Origin: the human T2T-CHM13v2.0 reference genome, Homo sapiens
Length of the DNA stretch: 64,000 nucleotides
Direction: 5' to 3' (one strand)
Assembly (NCBI RefSeq): GCF_009914755.1
Contig: NC_060936.1
Of the stretch, positions 62,084 through 64,000 are shown in pieces. The notes beneath the pieces are model-generated. The model had not been told where the DNA came from. It saw nothing but the letters and a program-made list of their open reading frames with translations, and ran no database searches. Within the stretch, counting starts at the first letter, position 1. The number at the start of each line of letters is the position of its first letter. The position numbers and the translations under genes are program-made.

Positions 62084-63546
62084 TAAAGTTGAAAATCCCA
62101 TAGATAGGAACCATGTCTACTTGAATGCCCCAAAAGCACCTGGACGTCAGCGTTCCTTGGACAATGTTAAATAACTCCAAATTATTAAAAAAAAAAAAAA
62201 AAAGCAAGCACATTTACTTTTCTAAAGCAGAGGACATAGATTTCATATAGAGAATAAATATGTTGAGAAATTAGTCATTTTCTTAACTCACGTTCCATAT
62301 GATTCTTTGGAAAACTTGGATGGCATTTGGGGTGATTCACGGGGAAGAATAATTAATGTGTCTTGTGTAATTTCTTCAAGTAGCTATTAAAAACACAACA
62401 GAATAACACGTGTTTTTCCATTCTCTGAAAATGAAGAAATACAGAGCTGTTTTTACTCCAACTTTTCCAAAACAAATCACCTTCTGTGATGAAAAATGTT
62501 GCCTTAAGGAGAGAAATTTTCAGGAAAATTATGAGCAAGTGAAAGAAAACAGAGCACCAAATAGAAGTCTTATTTAATGAGAACAAGAACCTCAACCAGC
62601 AAGGCTAAGTCACTTCCAGCCTGTGTCACTCAGCTGTCTCTCCTCTCATGAGCACTGGAGCCTGACAGACCTCAGTTCAAATCCAGCCATGCTTGATATT
62701 GGCTGAATAACTGCAGAGGTCACTTCGCCTAAGCCTCAGTTTCCTCATCTGTAAAATGGGAGTGAAATGCCTTCCTCATGGGCTTCCGGAAAGATTACAT
62801 GAGATTATGTACTTAAAGGGGACTATGTTATTATAAACTTTAAATAAGTTTGTCGTTTCTTTGGTAGTACTCAACATGGGTAATCCCAATTAACATATAT
62901 AACACTACCCGGCAAGGAATACTCTCTTGCTAGCGATGCCTACTGGAAAATTCTAGTCCCTAAAACTGAGATTTTAGGCCCCTCATTCCGGCATCTAACA
63001 GGACAGGAATTTGGTTTAAGAAGTAAAATTATTTTGTTTTCTCACTTTATCTATTGTTTGAAATGACATTGTCAAGTGTAAAAGAGGGGAAGGAAACCCA
63101 CATATTATATGCATGTCACAGGTGCATGTGGTGTGTAAGGTAGGTAAGGTAGAGAGAGGAAGGAGAGAGGAGTAGACTGAGAAAGACAGGAAAAGAGGAC
63201 TTCAACTTTATCTTCAAATTTTTAAATTTCAGGGGTGTAAAAATAGTTGAAGCAAGTAAAATAAAATGTTAACAGCAATTCAAGGCAGTGAGTACGTGGA
63301 TGTTTGTTCTGATATTCTCTGTACCTTTTGGCATTTTTCCAATATCAAAATCATTTCCAACTAAACAAATTATTAATGGTCATAACAGTAATGCATTTTT
63401 TTATGGAAAGAACTTCATCAATATCCTGACCACCCTAATAATTGGTATAAACTTGTATCCTGTTTCTTTTTCTTGTCTTTATACATGGGTAAAGTCACTA
63501 CAGAGTATAATGTATAATCCATTTCCATTTAGGAATATGCCAGGGT

Positions 63547-63842
63547 GGCCGGGTACAGTGGCTCACACCCGCAATCCCAACCCATTGGGAGGCCAAGGCG
63601 GGTGGATCTCTTGAGGCCAGGAATTTGAGACCGGCCTGGGCAATTATGACAAAACCTCATCTCTACAAAAAACACAATAATTAGCCAGGCATGGTGATGT
63701 GTGCTGTAGTCCCAGCTATTCAGGAGGCTGAGGTGGGAGGATTGCTTGAGCCCAGGAGGTTGACGCTGCAGTGAGACGTGATTGCTCCTCTGCATTCCAG
63801 CCTGGGTGACAAAGCAAGACCCCGTCTCAAAAAAAAAAAAAA
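63547..63842 (+). mobile_element. Alu (AluJ-like)
   Basis: gggaggattgcttgagcccaggagg J-type right arm; poly(A). Confidence 0.9.
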
Positions 63843-64000
63843 TTGTAATATGCAAGGATGGCAGAGGAGCTGCCCAGGGAATGAGACAGAAATGAGATCA
63901 CTCACATACAAACAGTTTGACACCTACAGCCTCAAGTCTAGTCAGCTTCAGGGATTGTTGTTATTTTTTTGACCAGCTTGGTTTTTAAGTTTGCAAGCTC

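Overview
Human (or great-ape) genomic DNA covering the 5' end of NUAK1 (ARK5, AMPK-related kinase) on the minus strand. Bases 1-19175 are intron 1. Coding exon 1 is 19415-19176 (80 codons, canonical GTGAGT donor) and lies in a CpG island at about 19050-20900. The remaining ~43 kb is repeat-rich upstream DNA: 18 Alu/FLAM copies window-wide, many MIR/L2/MLT1 fragments, several DNA transposons, a solo HERV-H LTR7 pointing toward NUAK1, and a MER57-type LTR. The most unusual structure is a 12.5-kb compound insertion (44343-56853): a near-full-length old L1PA element directly followed by a processed TRIP11 (GMAP-210) retrocopy, both apparently at the same target site, whose core GAATTGTTG occurs four times. 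The retrocopy keeps its 5' UTR and a ~3.6-kb 3' UTR, has a large in-frame internal deletion, and keeps an open C-terminal frame. The window also holds several locally templated scars: a fold-back insertion, a 17-bp copy from 1.55 kb away, a 115-bp inverted duplication and a 92-bp tandem duplication. I see no convincing new biological system; the findings are evolutionary or regulatory hypotheses. Repeat subfamily names and parent-gene comparisons come from recalled sequences, not database searches, and most repeat boundaries are approximate.
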